Program-made: the position numbers and the translations under genes
Shown here: piece after piece, positions 1 through 9,294 of the stretch
Layout of the letters: each line of letters starts with the position of its first letter
Position numbering within the stretch: position 1 is the stretch's first letter
Assembly (NCBI GenBank): GCA_039630545.1
Contig: JBCNUU010000001.1
Span: 128,001 to 192,000, forward strand
Direction of reading: 5' to 3'
DNA: 64,000 nt
Source: Endomicrobiia bacterium
GTDB lineage: Bacteria > Elusimicrobiota > Endomicrobiia > DTEH01
Notes under the pieces: generated by a model
Told to the model about the DNA's origin: nothing
What the model saw: only the letters and a program-made list of their open reading frames with translations
Databases searched by the model: none

Positions 1-377
1 AAAGAACTTCATTTATAGGAGGTAGAGTAATAGGGATATTTAAAACTTCAAAAAACATAGATAAAGCTTTTGAATTTATAAAGTTCTTATCAAAGCCACA
101 GATACAGAAAGAAATATATATTGAAGTAGCCAAAACAAAAAATATATATTTACCACCTAATGTAAACATATGGAAAGATTTGCCCATAAAAGAAGAATTT
201 AAAAAAGTTCTTTTTGAACAGATAAAAGAAGCAAAAGGTCCTCCTTCTGTTTTAGGCTGGGATGATAGCACAAAATATGTAGTTGAAGCTATTCAGAATG
301 TGATAGTGGCGGATAAATCTGTAGAAGAAGAACTTAAAAAATGTGAAGAAAAATTAACTCAGCATATTATTAAATGA
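1..377 (+). CDS. Carbohydrate ABC transporter substrate-binding protein, C-terminal part (5'-truncated by the window)
   Basis: Frame 3 is open from nt 3 (RTSFIGGRVIGIFKTSKNIDKAFEFIKFLS...) to 377, typical of the C-terminus of family 1 solute-binding proteins; stop overlaps the next permease start. Confidence 0.85.
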   Translation, partial: RTSFIGGRVIGIFKTSKNIDKAFEFIKFLSKPQIQKEIYIEVAKTKNIYLPPNVNIWKDLPIKEEFKKVLFEQIKEAKGPPSVLGWDDSTKYVVEAIQNVIVADKSVEEELKKCEEKLTQHIIK

Positions 378-1276
378 AAAAAAGAAAAAAATTTAAAAAA
401 CATTTAATATCTTATTTATTTATTTTACCTGCTTTTCTTATTCTTAGTATTTTCGTGTTTATTCCGGTGGTGGCTTCTTTCTTTTTAAGTTTTACAGAAT
501 ATGATGGTATTTCTCCTCCAAAAGTTGTTGGACTTAAAAATTATGTTGATATACTTTTTCATGATAGATTATTCTGGAAAGCCGTGATTAACACTGTCTA
601 CTATGTTATATTTACTGTACCAATAGGAATAGCCTGTTCTTTAGCTGTTGCTATGGCTTTATACCAAAAAATCAGATTCAGTGCTTTATTTAGAACTGGA
701 TTTTTTCTGCCGACAGTTACTTCAGTTGCTGCTATTTCAGTTGTATGGAGATGGATATATTCTGGAGACAGATATGGTTTGTTAAACTATATATTGACTA
801 AATTAGGAGTGCTTGCAGTGTTGCAAGACTGGCTTATGCAACCATCTACAACACTGCCTGCTATAATAGTAATGAGCATCTGGGGTGGTGTTGGATACAA
901 TACAATTATACTTTTAGCTGGACTCCAGTCTATTCCTGATAGTGTTCTGGAAGCAGCTAAAATAGATGGAGCTACTCCCTGGGAAAGATTCTGGTATGTT
1001 ATACTACCAATGCTTAAACCTGTTATGCTTTTTTTAGTAATAATGTCTACTATTAACTCTTTTCAAGTATTTGAGCAGGTCTACATCATGGCTTCAACCA
1101 CAGAATATTTTGGTGGTGTTTTGTATTCTGCTTTAACGATTGTGCCCTATTTGTATGAAAGAGCATTCAAAAGGTTTTTGCTTGGTTATGCTTCTGCATT
1201 AGCATATCTTTTGTTTGCTATAATTTTTATGATAACACTAATATATATGAAAGTTTCAAAGTTTTATGAACAGTAA
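374..1276 (+). CDS. Carbohydrate ABC transporter permease (MalF/UgpA type)
   Basis: Multiple TM segments; EAA loop EAAKIDGATPWERFWYVILP. Confidence 0.95.
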   Translation: MKKRKKFKKHLISYLFILPAFLILSIFVFIPVVASFFLSFTEYDGISPPKVVGLKNYVDILFHDRLFWKAVINTVYYVIFTVPIGIACSLAVAMALYQKIRFSALFRTGFFLPTVTSVAAISVVWRWIYSGDRYGLLNYILTKLGVLAVLQDWLMQPSTTLPAIIVMSIWGGVGYNTIILLAGLQSIPDSVLEAAKIDGATPWERFWYVILPMLKPVMLFLVIMSTINSFQVFEQVYIMASTTEYFGGVLYSALTIVPYLYERAFKRFLLGYASALAYLLFAIIFMITLIYMKVSKFYEQ

Positions 1277-2117
1277 AATTAAAAGAAAAATAAACTACAA
1301 AAAAATTTTTAACAAAACAACTTTATATCTTTTTTTATGTTTTGGGTTTATAGTTATGGTTTTTCCGTTTTTTTGGATGTTAATAAGTTCAATAAAACCC
1401 AGAGAAGAACTTTTAGCATATCCTCCTAAATTTTACACTTTAAAACCGACCCTTGAATACTACAAGCAACTTTTTACACTTGTGCCTATGTTCAGGTACT
1501 TGCTTAACAGTATAATAGTGGCAGTAGCAGTGACTGTTACCAACTTGTTTTTGTCATCTTTAGCAGGATATGCTTTTGCAAAACATAAGTTTTATGGAAA
1601 TAAGTTACTTTTTACGATTATATTAGGTTCAATGATGGTTCCCTGGCAGGTAAATATAATACCGAGTTTTATTATAGTAAAAAAATTAGGATGGCTAAAC
1701 TCATTCTACGGACTTATAATTCCTGCTATGGTAAATGCCTTTGGAATATTTTTTATGCGTCAAATAATTTCTACAATACCTGACGAGTTGATAGACGCAG
1801 CTCATATTGATGGTTGTAGTGAATTTTATATATTCTGGAAAATAATTTTGCCGCTATCTAAAAGTGGACTTGCAACTTTAGCGATATTCACCTTTATGAG
1901 CCAGTGGAACAATTTTGTTTGGCCATTAATAATAATTCATAAAAGTGAAATGCGCACAGTTCCTTTAAGCTTAGCAGTATTAAATTCTCAATTTGGTAAC
2001 AACTTTGGGCTTTTAATGGCTGGCTCTACTGTTGCTATAGTTCCTATGCTTTTAGCTTTTATATTTTTGCAAAGGTATTTTGTAAAAGGAATAGTTTTTA
2101 CAGGTTTAAAAGAATAA
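1266..2117 (+). CDS. Carbohydrate ABC transporter permease (MalG/UgpE type)
   Basis: EAA loop IPDELIDAAHIDG; WNNFVWPLI; C-terminal LQRYFVKGI..G.K. Confidence 0.95.
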   Translation: MNSKIKRKINYKKIFNKTTLYLFLCFGFIVMVFPFFWMLISSIKPREELLAYPPKFYTLKPTLEYYKQLFTLVPMFRYLLNSIIVAVAVTVTNLFLSSLAGYAFAKHKFYGNKLLFTIILGSMMVPWQVNIIPSFIIVKKLGWLNSFYGLIIPAMVNAFGIFFMRQIISTIPDELIDAAHIDGCSEFYIFWKIILPLSKSGLATLAIFTFMSQWNNFVWPLIIIHKSEMRTVPLSLAVLNSQFGNNFGLLMAGSTVAIVPMLLAFIFLQRYFVKGIVFTGLKE

Positions 2118-2145
2118 ATTTTAAAAAAGAAAGGAGAATAAAAAT

Positions 2146-3072
2146 ATGGCAAACGAAGTTGTATTTAAAAGATATCCTAACAATCCAATAGTCACTGCAA
2201 AAAATGTGCCAAGAGCCAATAGTATACATAACAGTGCAATTGTAAAATATAAAAATGAGTTTAGAGGTATTTTTAGAGTGGATGAGATCGATATGAGATA
2301 CACACTACATTTAGGAAAAAGTAAAGATGGTATCTCGTGGGATATTGAACCCGAACCGATAAAAATGAAAAGTTCAGATCCTGAAGTTTATGTAACAAAT
2401 CAAAGTTATGATCCAAGAATTACTCAGATTGAAGATACTTATTATATTGTTTGGTGTAACTCTTCTAAACAAGGGCCTGCTTTGGGTTTAGCATACACTA
2501 AAAATTTTGAAGAGTTTATTCAATTAGAAAATCCCATGCCTCCGTGTAATAGAAACGGTGTTTTATTTCCTAAAAAAATAAAAGGTAAATATGCTCTCCT
2601 ATATAGACCTTCTGACAGAGGACACACTCCATTTGGAGATATTTTTTATGCAGAAAGTCCTGATCTTATTCACTGGGGTCACCACAGGTTTGTAATGGGG
2701 CCAATAGATGTGGTATGGCAGAGTCTAAAGGTAGGAGCAGGTCCTGCTCCTATAGAAACAAAAGATGGATGGCTTTTGATTTATCATGGATGCTGGCAGA
2801 GTTGTAACGGTTATCTTTATTACATGGGAGCGGCACTATTAGATTTAGATAAGCCTTGGAAAGTTATTTATAGAACAAAAGATTATCTTTTAGCACCAAC
2901 TGAGTGGTATGAAAGAGTTGGAGATGTGCCTAATGTAGTTTTTCCGTCAGCTGCTGTTCTTTTTGAAGATGGGACTTTAAGAGTTTATTATGGTTGTGCT
3001 GATACATGTGTTTCAATGGCTGAAGCTAAGTTGAGCGATGTTATTGATTTTGTAAAAACACACAGTATTTAA
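2146..3072 (+). CDS. GH130 beta-mannoside phosphorylase (RaMP2/UhgbMP-like)
   Basis: YDPRIT, NRNGVLFP, RPSDRGHTPFGDI, KVGAGPAPIET, YERVGDVPNVVFP, YYGCADT; SD GGAG. Confidence 0.93.
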   Translation: MANEVVFKRYPNNPIVTAKNVPRANSIHNSAIVKYKNEFRGIFRVDEIDMRYTLHLGKSKDGISWDIEPEPIKMKSSDPEVYVTNQSYDPRITQIEDTYYIVWCNSSKQGPALGLAYTKNFEEFIQLENPMPPCNRNGVLFPKKIKGKYALLYRPSDRGHTPFGDIFYAESPDLIHWGHHRFVMGPIDVVWQSLKVGAGPAPIETKDGWLLIYHGCWQSCNGYLYYMGAALLDLDKPWKVIYRTKDYLLAPTEWYERVGDVPNVVFPSAAVLFEDGTLRVYYGCADTCVSMAEAKLSDVIDFVKTHSI

Positions 3073-3088
3073 TAAGAAGGAGAAAAAA

Positions 3089-3415
3089 ATGAGAGTAGTA
3101 GAAAAACCATGGGGTAAAGAGATATGGTTTGCCTTAACAAAAAAATATGTTGGTAAAATCATAATAGTAAAAAAAGGCCACAGAATGAGTAAACAATACC
3201 ACAGACTAAAAGATGAAACGCACTACTGTGATAAAGGAAAATATATAATGGAGCTAGGTAGGAAAACTATAACTGTAAAGGAAGGAGACGCTATAAGAAT
3301 AAAACCTAAAACAGTACACAGAATTTATGCAAAATATTGTGATGTAAAAATAATAGAAGTTTCTACTCCTCATCTTAAAGATAGAGTAAGAATTGAAGAT
3401 GACTATGGCCGTTAA
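3089..3415 (+). CDS. Cupin protein, type II mannose-6-phosphate isomerase-like
   Basis: VEKPWG..W, SKQYH..KDE, HRI, IIEVSTP..D.VR.EDDYGR. Confidence 0.8.
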   Translation: MRVVEKPWGKEIWFALTKKYVGKIIIVKKGHRMSKQYHRLKDETHYCDKGKYIMELGRKTITVKEGDAIRIKPKTVHRIYAKYCDVKIIEVSTPHLKDRVRIEDDYGR

Positions 3416-3444
3416 CCAAAAATTGAATTTTTTAAAAGAGGTAA

Positions 3445-4551
3445 ATGGAAATGGCAAAGGTAGAAATAAAAAATCTTAAAAAAAACTTTGGTAACAATTC
3501 TGTATTAAAAGATATTAATCTCACAATAGAAGATAAAGAATTCTGTGTTTTGCTGGGTCCTTCTGGTTGTGGAAAGACTACTTTGTTGAGAATAATAGCA
3601 GGATTAGAAGAACCTACTGAGGGAGAAGTATGGATAGGAGAAAAAAATGTAACTGATTTTGAGCCAAAAGATAGAGATATTGCTATGGTTTTTCAAAACT
3701 ACGCTTTGTATCCTCATATGAGTGTTTATGACAATATGTCCTTTGGTTTAAAAATTAAAGGATACTTAAAAGAAGAAATAGACCAGAGAGTCAATTCTGC
3801 AGCAGAAATTCTTGGAATAAAGAATTTTCTTACTCGTCTACCAAAGGCCTTATCAGGTGGACAAAGACAACGTGTTGCTGTAGGAAGAGCTATAGTAAGA
3901 AAGCCAAAGGTATTTTTGTTCGACGAACCACTTTCAAACTTAGATGCAAAACTTAGAGTTGAGATGCGTGCAGAACTTAAGAAGCTTCATGAGCGACTTC
4001 AGGCTACTATCATTTATGTGACTCACGATCAAGTTGAAGCAATGACATTAGGTGACAAAATTGTGGTCATGAAAGATGGAATTATTCAACAAATAGGTAG
4101 TCCTCTTGAGATTTACAATAAACCTGCCAATAAGTTTGTAGCAGGTTTTATAGGTTCTCCTCCAATGAATTTTATAAGCGGCAAAATAATAAAAAAAGAC
4201 AACAGTTTATATTTTGACGAAGGAAGTTTTAGTATAAAAATTCCAGAAGATATGGAGAATAGTTTATATAACTATATAGAAAAAGAAGTAATTTTAGGGA
4301 TAAGACCTGAAGATATATATGATAGAATTTATTCACCAACAGGCGAAATAGAAAATGTGATAGTTGCTACAGTAAATATAGTTGAGTTGTTAGGAAATGT
4401 TAAACATCTTCATCTTATTTCAGGAAACAGTAGTTTTGTGTGCATAGTTAAATCATCCAATCAAGCTGAAGAAGGACAGACAATAGAAGTAGTTTTTGAT
4501 GTATCTAAAATACACATTTTTGATAAAACTACAGAAGAAGCTATAGTATGA
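3445..4551 (+). CDS. Carbohydrate ABC transporter ATP-binding protein (MalK/MsmX/UgpC family)
   Basis: GPSGCGKT, LSGGQRQR, FLFDEPLSNLD, C-terminal TOBE region. Confidence 0.96.
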   Translation: MEMAKVEIKNLKKNFGNNSVLKDINLTIEDKEFCVLLGPSGCGKTTLLRIIAGLEEPTEGEVWIGEKNVTDFEPKDRDIAMVFQNYALYPHMSVYDNMSFGLKIKGYLKEEIDQRVNSAAEILGIKNFLTRLPKALSGGQRQRVAVGRAIVRKPKVFLFDEPLSNLDAKLRVEMRAELKKLHERLQATIIYVTHDQVEAMTLGDKIVVMKDGIIQQIGSPLEIYNKPANKFVAGFIGSPPMNFISGKIIKKDNSLYFDEGSFSIKIPEDMENSLYNYIEKEVILGIRPEDIYDRIYSPTGEIENVIVATVNIVELLGNVKHLHLISGNSSFVCIVKSSNQAEEGQTIEVVFDVSKIHIFDKTTEEAIV

Positions 4552-6152
4552 CAAACATTCTAGAAAAATTTAAAAAATTAAAACTTTTAGCCATTTTTAT
4601 ATTCAATGTCTTAATTGCTGGTTATATTAAACTCAAAAGTTTATATTCTTTCCCTCAACCTGTATGGGCGACTAAATCGTTTATTTTATTTGTGGAGATT
4701 TTTATTGTAGTGGTCTTTATAAGTGTGCTGCTTTTGATAATATTTCATTATTTAAGAAAGATTATTATATTTTTGCTTCATAAATATCAAGAAGGAGAAG
4801 AAAATGTTAATGAGATAAAGCACTTAATGGAAAAGATTTCAAAACAAACGAAATTTCTTAACGAAAAGCTTCAAGAAAATAATCTTCTTAATAAAGTAAT
4901 ATTTGAAATGAATCAAACTATGGAATTAGATAAAGTTTTGAAGATAATTTTAGAAAGTATCTGCAGCTATCTTAATTTTGATAGAGCGGTAATACTTATT
5001 TTAAATGAAAAAAACATGTGCTTAGAACCAGCATATGGAGAAAATATAGATAAAGAAAAACTACAGGAACTCTTTATATCTCTTAGAGATGATGATTTCT
5101 TTTTGGTAAAAATTTTATATAAAAACACTCCTTTAATAATAAAAAAAGTTCCAACAACTCAATACAGTTATTTTAAAGATATTACCAAGCAAAATACTTT
5201 GATTTGTGTCCCTTTGCAAGCAAAAAAGAAAACCGTAGGAATGCTTTTAGCTGACACATCTAAATCTCAAAGGCAACTTACAGAGAAAGATCTTCGTCTC
5301 CTTATAAATTTTTCGAATCAAGCTTCATTGGCAATAGAGAATGCGAAATTATTTGAAACAGAAAAAAAATTTAAAGAGAAGCTTCAAGAAGAAGTTGAGA
5401 TTGCCTTAAAAAAACTTCAAGAAGCTCAGAAACAACTTATTCAATCAGAAAAACTTGCTGCTTTAGGTGAAATGGCGGCAGTTGTGAGTCATGAAGTAAG
5501 AAATCCGTTATCCACCATCCTTATGTCTGCGCAGGTATTAGATGAAGAAGTAAAAGATGAAAAATACAGAAAATATATAAATTATATTATCTCTGAAGTA
5601 AAACGCTTAAATAAAGTGGTTTCAGAAATTTTGACTTTTTCACGACTTCCAAAACTGGAACTTAAGCTTTCAGATATGCATAAATTAATAGATGAAGTGA
5701 TAAGTTTTCTTGAAATAAGTGATTTTATAAAATATGACATTAAATGTTATAAAGAATATAAAGCAGAAATTTCAGAGATCATGGTGGATGTAGATCAGAT
5801 AAAACAGGTCCTGTTTAACATAATTCAAAATGCCTGCCATTTTATGTTAAACAAAAACATAAGAAATTTGCACATCACAACTGAAAATAAAAATGGATTA
5901 TTTGTTTTAAAAATAAAAGATACAGGTACAGGTATTCCACCTGAAAATTTAAACAAAATATTTGAACCATTTTTTACTACAAAAACAAAAGGAACAGGGT
6001 TAGGACTTACCATTTCTAAAAATATAATAGAGTCTCACAGAGGAAAAATAGAAGTGGAAAGTGTGCTTGGAGAAGGAACTACTTTTAATATTTTTTTACC
6101 TATAAAACTATCAGAAATAAAAAATGAAAAAAATTTTAATAGTGGAAGATGA
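4548..6152 (+). CDS. Membrane GAF-domain sensor histidine kinase
   Basis: Two N-terminal TM helices, GAF ending ASLAIENAKLF, H-box SHEVRNPL, N box NIIQNA, DTGTGI, FFTTK, GTGLGL. Confidence 0.93.
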   Translation: MTNILEKFKKLKLLAIFIFNVLIAGYIKLKSLYSFPQPVWATKSFILFVEIFIVVVFISVLLLIIFHYLRKIIIFLLHKYQEGEENVNEIKHLMEKISKQTKFLNEKLQENNLLNKVIFEMNQTMELDKVLKIILESICSYLNFDRAVILILNEKNMCLEPAYGENIDKEKLQELFISLRDDDFFLVKILYKNTPLIIKKVPTTQYSYFKDITKQNTLICVPLQAKKKTVGMLLADTSKSQRQLTEKDLRLLINFSNQASLAIENAKLFETEKKFKEKLQEEVEIALKKLQEAQKQLIQSEKLAALGEMAAVVSHEVRNPLSTILMSAQVLDEEVKDEKYRKYINYIISEVKRLNKVVSEILTFSRLPKLELKLSDMHKLIDEVISFLEISDFIKYDIKCYKEYKAEISEIMVDVDQIKQVLFNIIQNACHFMLNKNIRNLHITTENKNGLFVLKIKDTGTGIPPENLNKIFEPFFTTKTKGTGLGLTISKNIIESHRGKIEVESVLGEGTTFNIFLPIKLSEIKNEKNFNSGR

Positions 6153-6483
6153 AGAATTACTTTTGGATGCTTTCAGCAGTGCGTTAAAAAAAAGGAATTA
6201 CGATGTTGTTGGTATCTCTAATGGTAAAGACGCCATAGATTATGTTAAAGACAACAGTGTTGATCTTATAATTTTAGATATAAAACTTCCCGATATGAGT
6301 GGTTTAGAGGTGTTAGAAAACATAAGAAAACTACTGCCAAATGTGCCTATAATAATGTGTACAGCATATGATAGTTTTAAAACCGATTATCAGATATGGG
6401 CAAACAAGGTTTCTGACTATGTTGTAAAACCTATTGTTTTAGAAGATATAGAAGAAAAAATCAGAAAAATTTTTAGTAAGTAA
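6124..6483 (+). CDS. Single-domain response regulator (CheY-like)
   Basis: ILIVEDE, LDIKLPD (phospho-Asp), CTAY, VKP; no output domain. Confidence 0.93.
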   Translation: MKKILIVEDEELLLDAFSSALKKRNYDVVGISNGKDAIDYVKDNSVDLIILDIKLPDMSGLEVLENIRKLLPNVPIIMCTAYDSFKTDYQIWANKVSDYVVKPIVLEDIEEKIRKIFSK

Positions 6484-6493
6484 TCAATTATGT

Positions 6494-7582
6494 ATGTTGA
6501 ATTTGTTTTTATTTATTGTAATAATCATTCAGATCGTAATATTTGCGTATTTTCTCTATCTAAATAAAAAAAATAAACAAGAAATAATTTCTTCCTTTAA
6601 AGAAAGTCTGGAAAATATATTAAAAATAACCGAGACACTTCGTAGTTCTCTTGACTTAGAAAAAATCTTTATAGAGATACTTAATATTTTTTCAAAAAAC
6701 TTTGGATATAAGAAGGTATTTATCTATTTGGTAGAAAAAACTCCAGATCATCTGGAATTCAAATGTATTGCGTGTCCTGGTCTTGTCTCAGTGGAAGGAA
6801 TTGGTATTTATAGTTTTATAATTGATGATGTAAAAAATCCGATTTTTCAGATAGTTGAGAATTATAATGAAATTGAGCTTACTTCTTACCTTTTGCCTCA
6901 ACTAAAAGAGAAACTTAAATTTACCGAAATGTTTTTGTTGCCTATAATATTAAAGGATACTTTAGAAGGTTTTATAATAACTGAAAAACCTATAAATTCT
7001 CAATTTATTTTTCCTTTAAGAATTTTTGCCAACGAATGTGGAGTAGCTTTAGAAAATGCAAGACTTTTTAAAAAAATTCAGGAGATGTCTATCACTGATG
7101 CCCTTACTGGAGTCTACAATAGAAGATATTTAGAAAAAAAACTTCCAGAAGAAATTGAGCTGGCAAAAAGATACAAAAGTTTTCTATCAATAGGTATTTT
7201 AGACATAGATGATTTTAAACATTACAATGATACCAATGGGCATCTTTTAGGGGATGAGTGTCTTAAAAAAGTTGCAGAGGTTGTTACTTCCACTTTAAGA
7301 AGTGGTGATATAGTGTTTAGATATGGGGGAGAAGAATTTATTGTAGTTTTACCTGCCACAGACAAATCTGGTGCTTTTATTGCCTGTGAGAAAATAAGAA
7401 AAAACATAGAAAGTTATCCATTTGAAAATAGAGATAAACAACCTTTAGGAAAAATTACAGTAAGTATTGGTATTTCTGTGTATCCTGTAGATGCTCAGGA
7501 GGAAACCTCACTTATAAAAATAGCAGACGAAAATCTTTATAGAGCAAAAAAATCGGGTAAAAACAGAGTTTGTTGTTTATAA
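6494..7582 (+). CDS. Membrane-anchored GAF-GGDEF diguanylate cyclase
   Basis: N-terminal TM, GAF-like region, TDALTG, DIDDFK..ND..GH..GD, RSGD I-site, RYGGEEF. Confidence 0.93.
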   Translation: MLNLFLFIVIIIQIVIFAYFLYLNKKNKQEIISSFKESLENILKITETLRSSLDLEKIFIEILNIFSKNFGYKKVFIYLVEKTPDHLEFKCIACPGLVSVEGIGIYSFIIDDVKNPIFQIVENYNEIELTSYLLPQLKEKLKFTEMFLLPIILKDTLEGFIITEKPINSQFIFPLRIFANECGVALENARLFKKIQEMSITDALTGVYNRRYLEKKLPEEIELAKRYKSFLSIGILDIDDFKHYNDTNGHLLGDECLKKVAEVVTSTLRSGDIVFRYGGEEFIVVLPATDKSGAFIACEKIRKNIESYPFENRDKQPLGKITVSIGISVYPVDAQEETSLIKIADENLYRAKKSGKNRVCCL

Positions 7583-7585
7583 TTT

Positions 7586-8659
7586 ATGAAAAAAGAAATA
7601 AAATTAAACATTAACCAGCAATTAAAGCCTTCAGTTTTGCCTTTTCTCAAAATTAAACTTACCGGTAAACTTTCTTTAAAAGAAGAAGAAGTTGTGTCTT
7701 TAATTAAACAAATAGAAGAAACAGATGATTTTCAGAAATTGTTAGAATTAAAGATAATAAAGCGCACTCCATTTCCATCATTTCATGTCTCTATAAAACC
7801 TTTATATGAATATAAAGAAGATTTGTTTGAGATATTATCTTTTTCACTGCCAGATATTAATAGTATTATTCAGCAAAATCCTGATGTTGTGGAAACTATA
7901 AGAAAAATTGGTGAGGAAAATTATAAAAAATTTTTTTTAGGTTACGAAAGTTACTCCTTTGAAGAGATTTCAAAATTTTTAGGAATTTCTTGTTTAGAGG
8001 TAAAAAAAATTTTTGAATTTACAAACAATATATTTATTCATACTGAAATAAAATTACCAGATGGTAGTTTAAAAAAAGAATTAGTCGCAAAAAAATATAC
8101 TAGAATAGCGAAGGTAGAACTTTCAGGAAATAATATTTTAATAACATATTTTAGCCCATTTATGTTTCGGGGTGTTTATGTTGTAGATTATGAGAAATTT
8201 AACAATTTTATAAAAGATCTTCCATCCTCAAAGAAAAAATACCTAAAACAGATAGTAAAAGAAATAGAGCTATTAGAGATAAAAAAAAGAACTTTTCACA
8301 GATTATTGGAAGAAATTCTTTTTATCCAGAAAGAATTTATTAAAACAGAAAAAGAAAACGACCTTAAAATCTGTACTCAAAAGGATTTAGCAACAAAAAT
8401 TGGTGTTTCTCCTTCTACAATTTGCAGGTTAATAAAAGAACGATCTATAATTTTGCCTTCAGATAGAGAATATCCTCTGAATTATTTTTTTGTTAACAAA
8501 AAAAGAATAGCCCTTATTTATATTTCTGAAATTTTAAAAAATAATAAGAATATAAAAGATAAAAAAATCAAAGAAATTCTTTTTGAAAAATTGAAAATTA
8601 AGTATTCTATTAGAAGCATAAATTATTATAGAAATCTTTTAAAAAATAGAAATGTATAA
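7586..8659 (+). CDS. Divergent, compact sigma-54 (RpoN)-like protein
   Basis: HTH CTQKDLATKIGVSPSTICR followed by LP...YPLNYFF, then DKKIKEIL...SIRSINYYR at the RpoN-box position; Gln/Leu-containing N-terminus resembles region I. Confidence 0.7.
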   Translation: MKKEIKLNINQQLKPSVLPFLKIKLTGKLSLKEEEVVSLIKQIEETDDFQKLLELKIIKRTPFPSFHVSIKPLYEYKEDLFEILSFSLPDINSIIQQNPDVVETIRKIGEENYKKFFLGYESYSFEEISKFLGISCLEVKKIFEFTNNIFIHTEIKLPDGSLKKELVAKKYTRIAKVELSGNNILITYFSPFMFRGVYVVDYEKFNNFIKDLPSSKKKYLKQIVKEIELLEIKKRTFHRLLEEILFIQKEFIKTEKENDLKICTQKDLATKIGVSPSTICRLIKERSIILPSDREYPLNYFFVNKKRIALIYISEILKNNKNIKDKKIKEILFEKLKIKYSIRSINYYRNLLKNRNV

Positions 8660-8730
8660 ATATCTGAATTTGAAAGAGTTGTTGAAATGTGGTTGAATTT
8701 ATTATTTTTATTTTATAATTATGTTTTTGT

Positions 8731-9294
8731 ATGGATATAAGCGATGAAAAATTATTGGTGGCGTTAGCACAAAAAGGTGACATAAAAGCTTTTGAAAAAC
8801 TTATAGAAAAATATCAAAAAGAAATTTATAATCTCGCCCTGTTTAAAACTCAAAATCCAACATTAGCAGAAGAAATAACTCAAGAGACAATTATCAGGAT
8901 ATATAGAAACATTCATAAATTTAAATTCAAAAGTTCTTTTTCCACCTGGATGTATAGAATTACTTATAATATTTTAAAAGACATCGTTAAAAAATTTAAA
9001 CCTCTTGCAGAAATATCAATAGAAGATGAAACTTCAGGATGTTTCTTTAAAGCAGATGATGAAGATGTTGAAGAAAAAATTAACAAGTTAGAAAAATCAA
9101 AAAAAATAAGACAGCTTATTTCAAAAATACCACATAAATTTCAGTTTGTTCTTATTCTTTATGATATAGAAGGAAAAACATATCAAGAAATAGCTGAGAT
9201 TCTTAAAATAAGAATTGGGACAGTAAAATCAAGACTTTTTAGAGCAAGAAAAATTTTAAAGGATCTAATAATAAAAGAAAAATTGGAACTATGA
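8731..9294 (+). CDS. ECF (sigma-70 group 4) sigma factor
   Basis: GDIKAFEKL, AEEITQETII, SSFSTWMYRI, YQEIAEILKIRIGTVKSRLFRAR. Confidence 0.95.
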   Translation: MDISDEKLLVALAQKGDIKAFEKLIEKYQKEIYNLALFKTQNPTLAEEITQETIIRIYRNIHKFKFKSSFSTWMYRITYNILKDIVKKFKPLAEISIEDETSGCFFKADDEDVEEKINKLEKSKKIRQLISKIPHKFQFVLILYDIEGKTYQEIAEILKIRIGTVKSRLFRARKILKDLIIKEKLEL

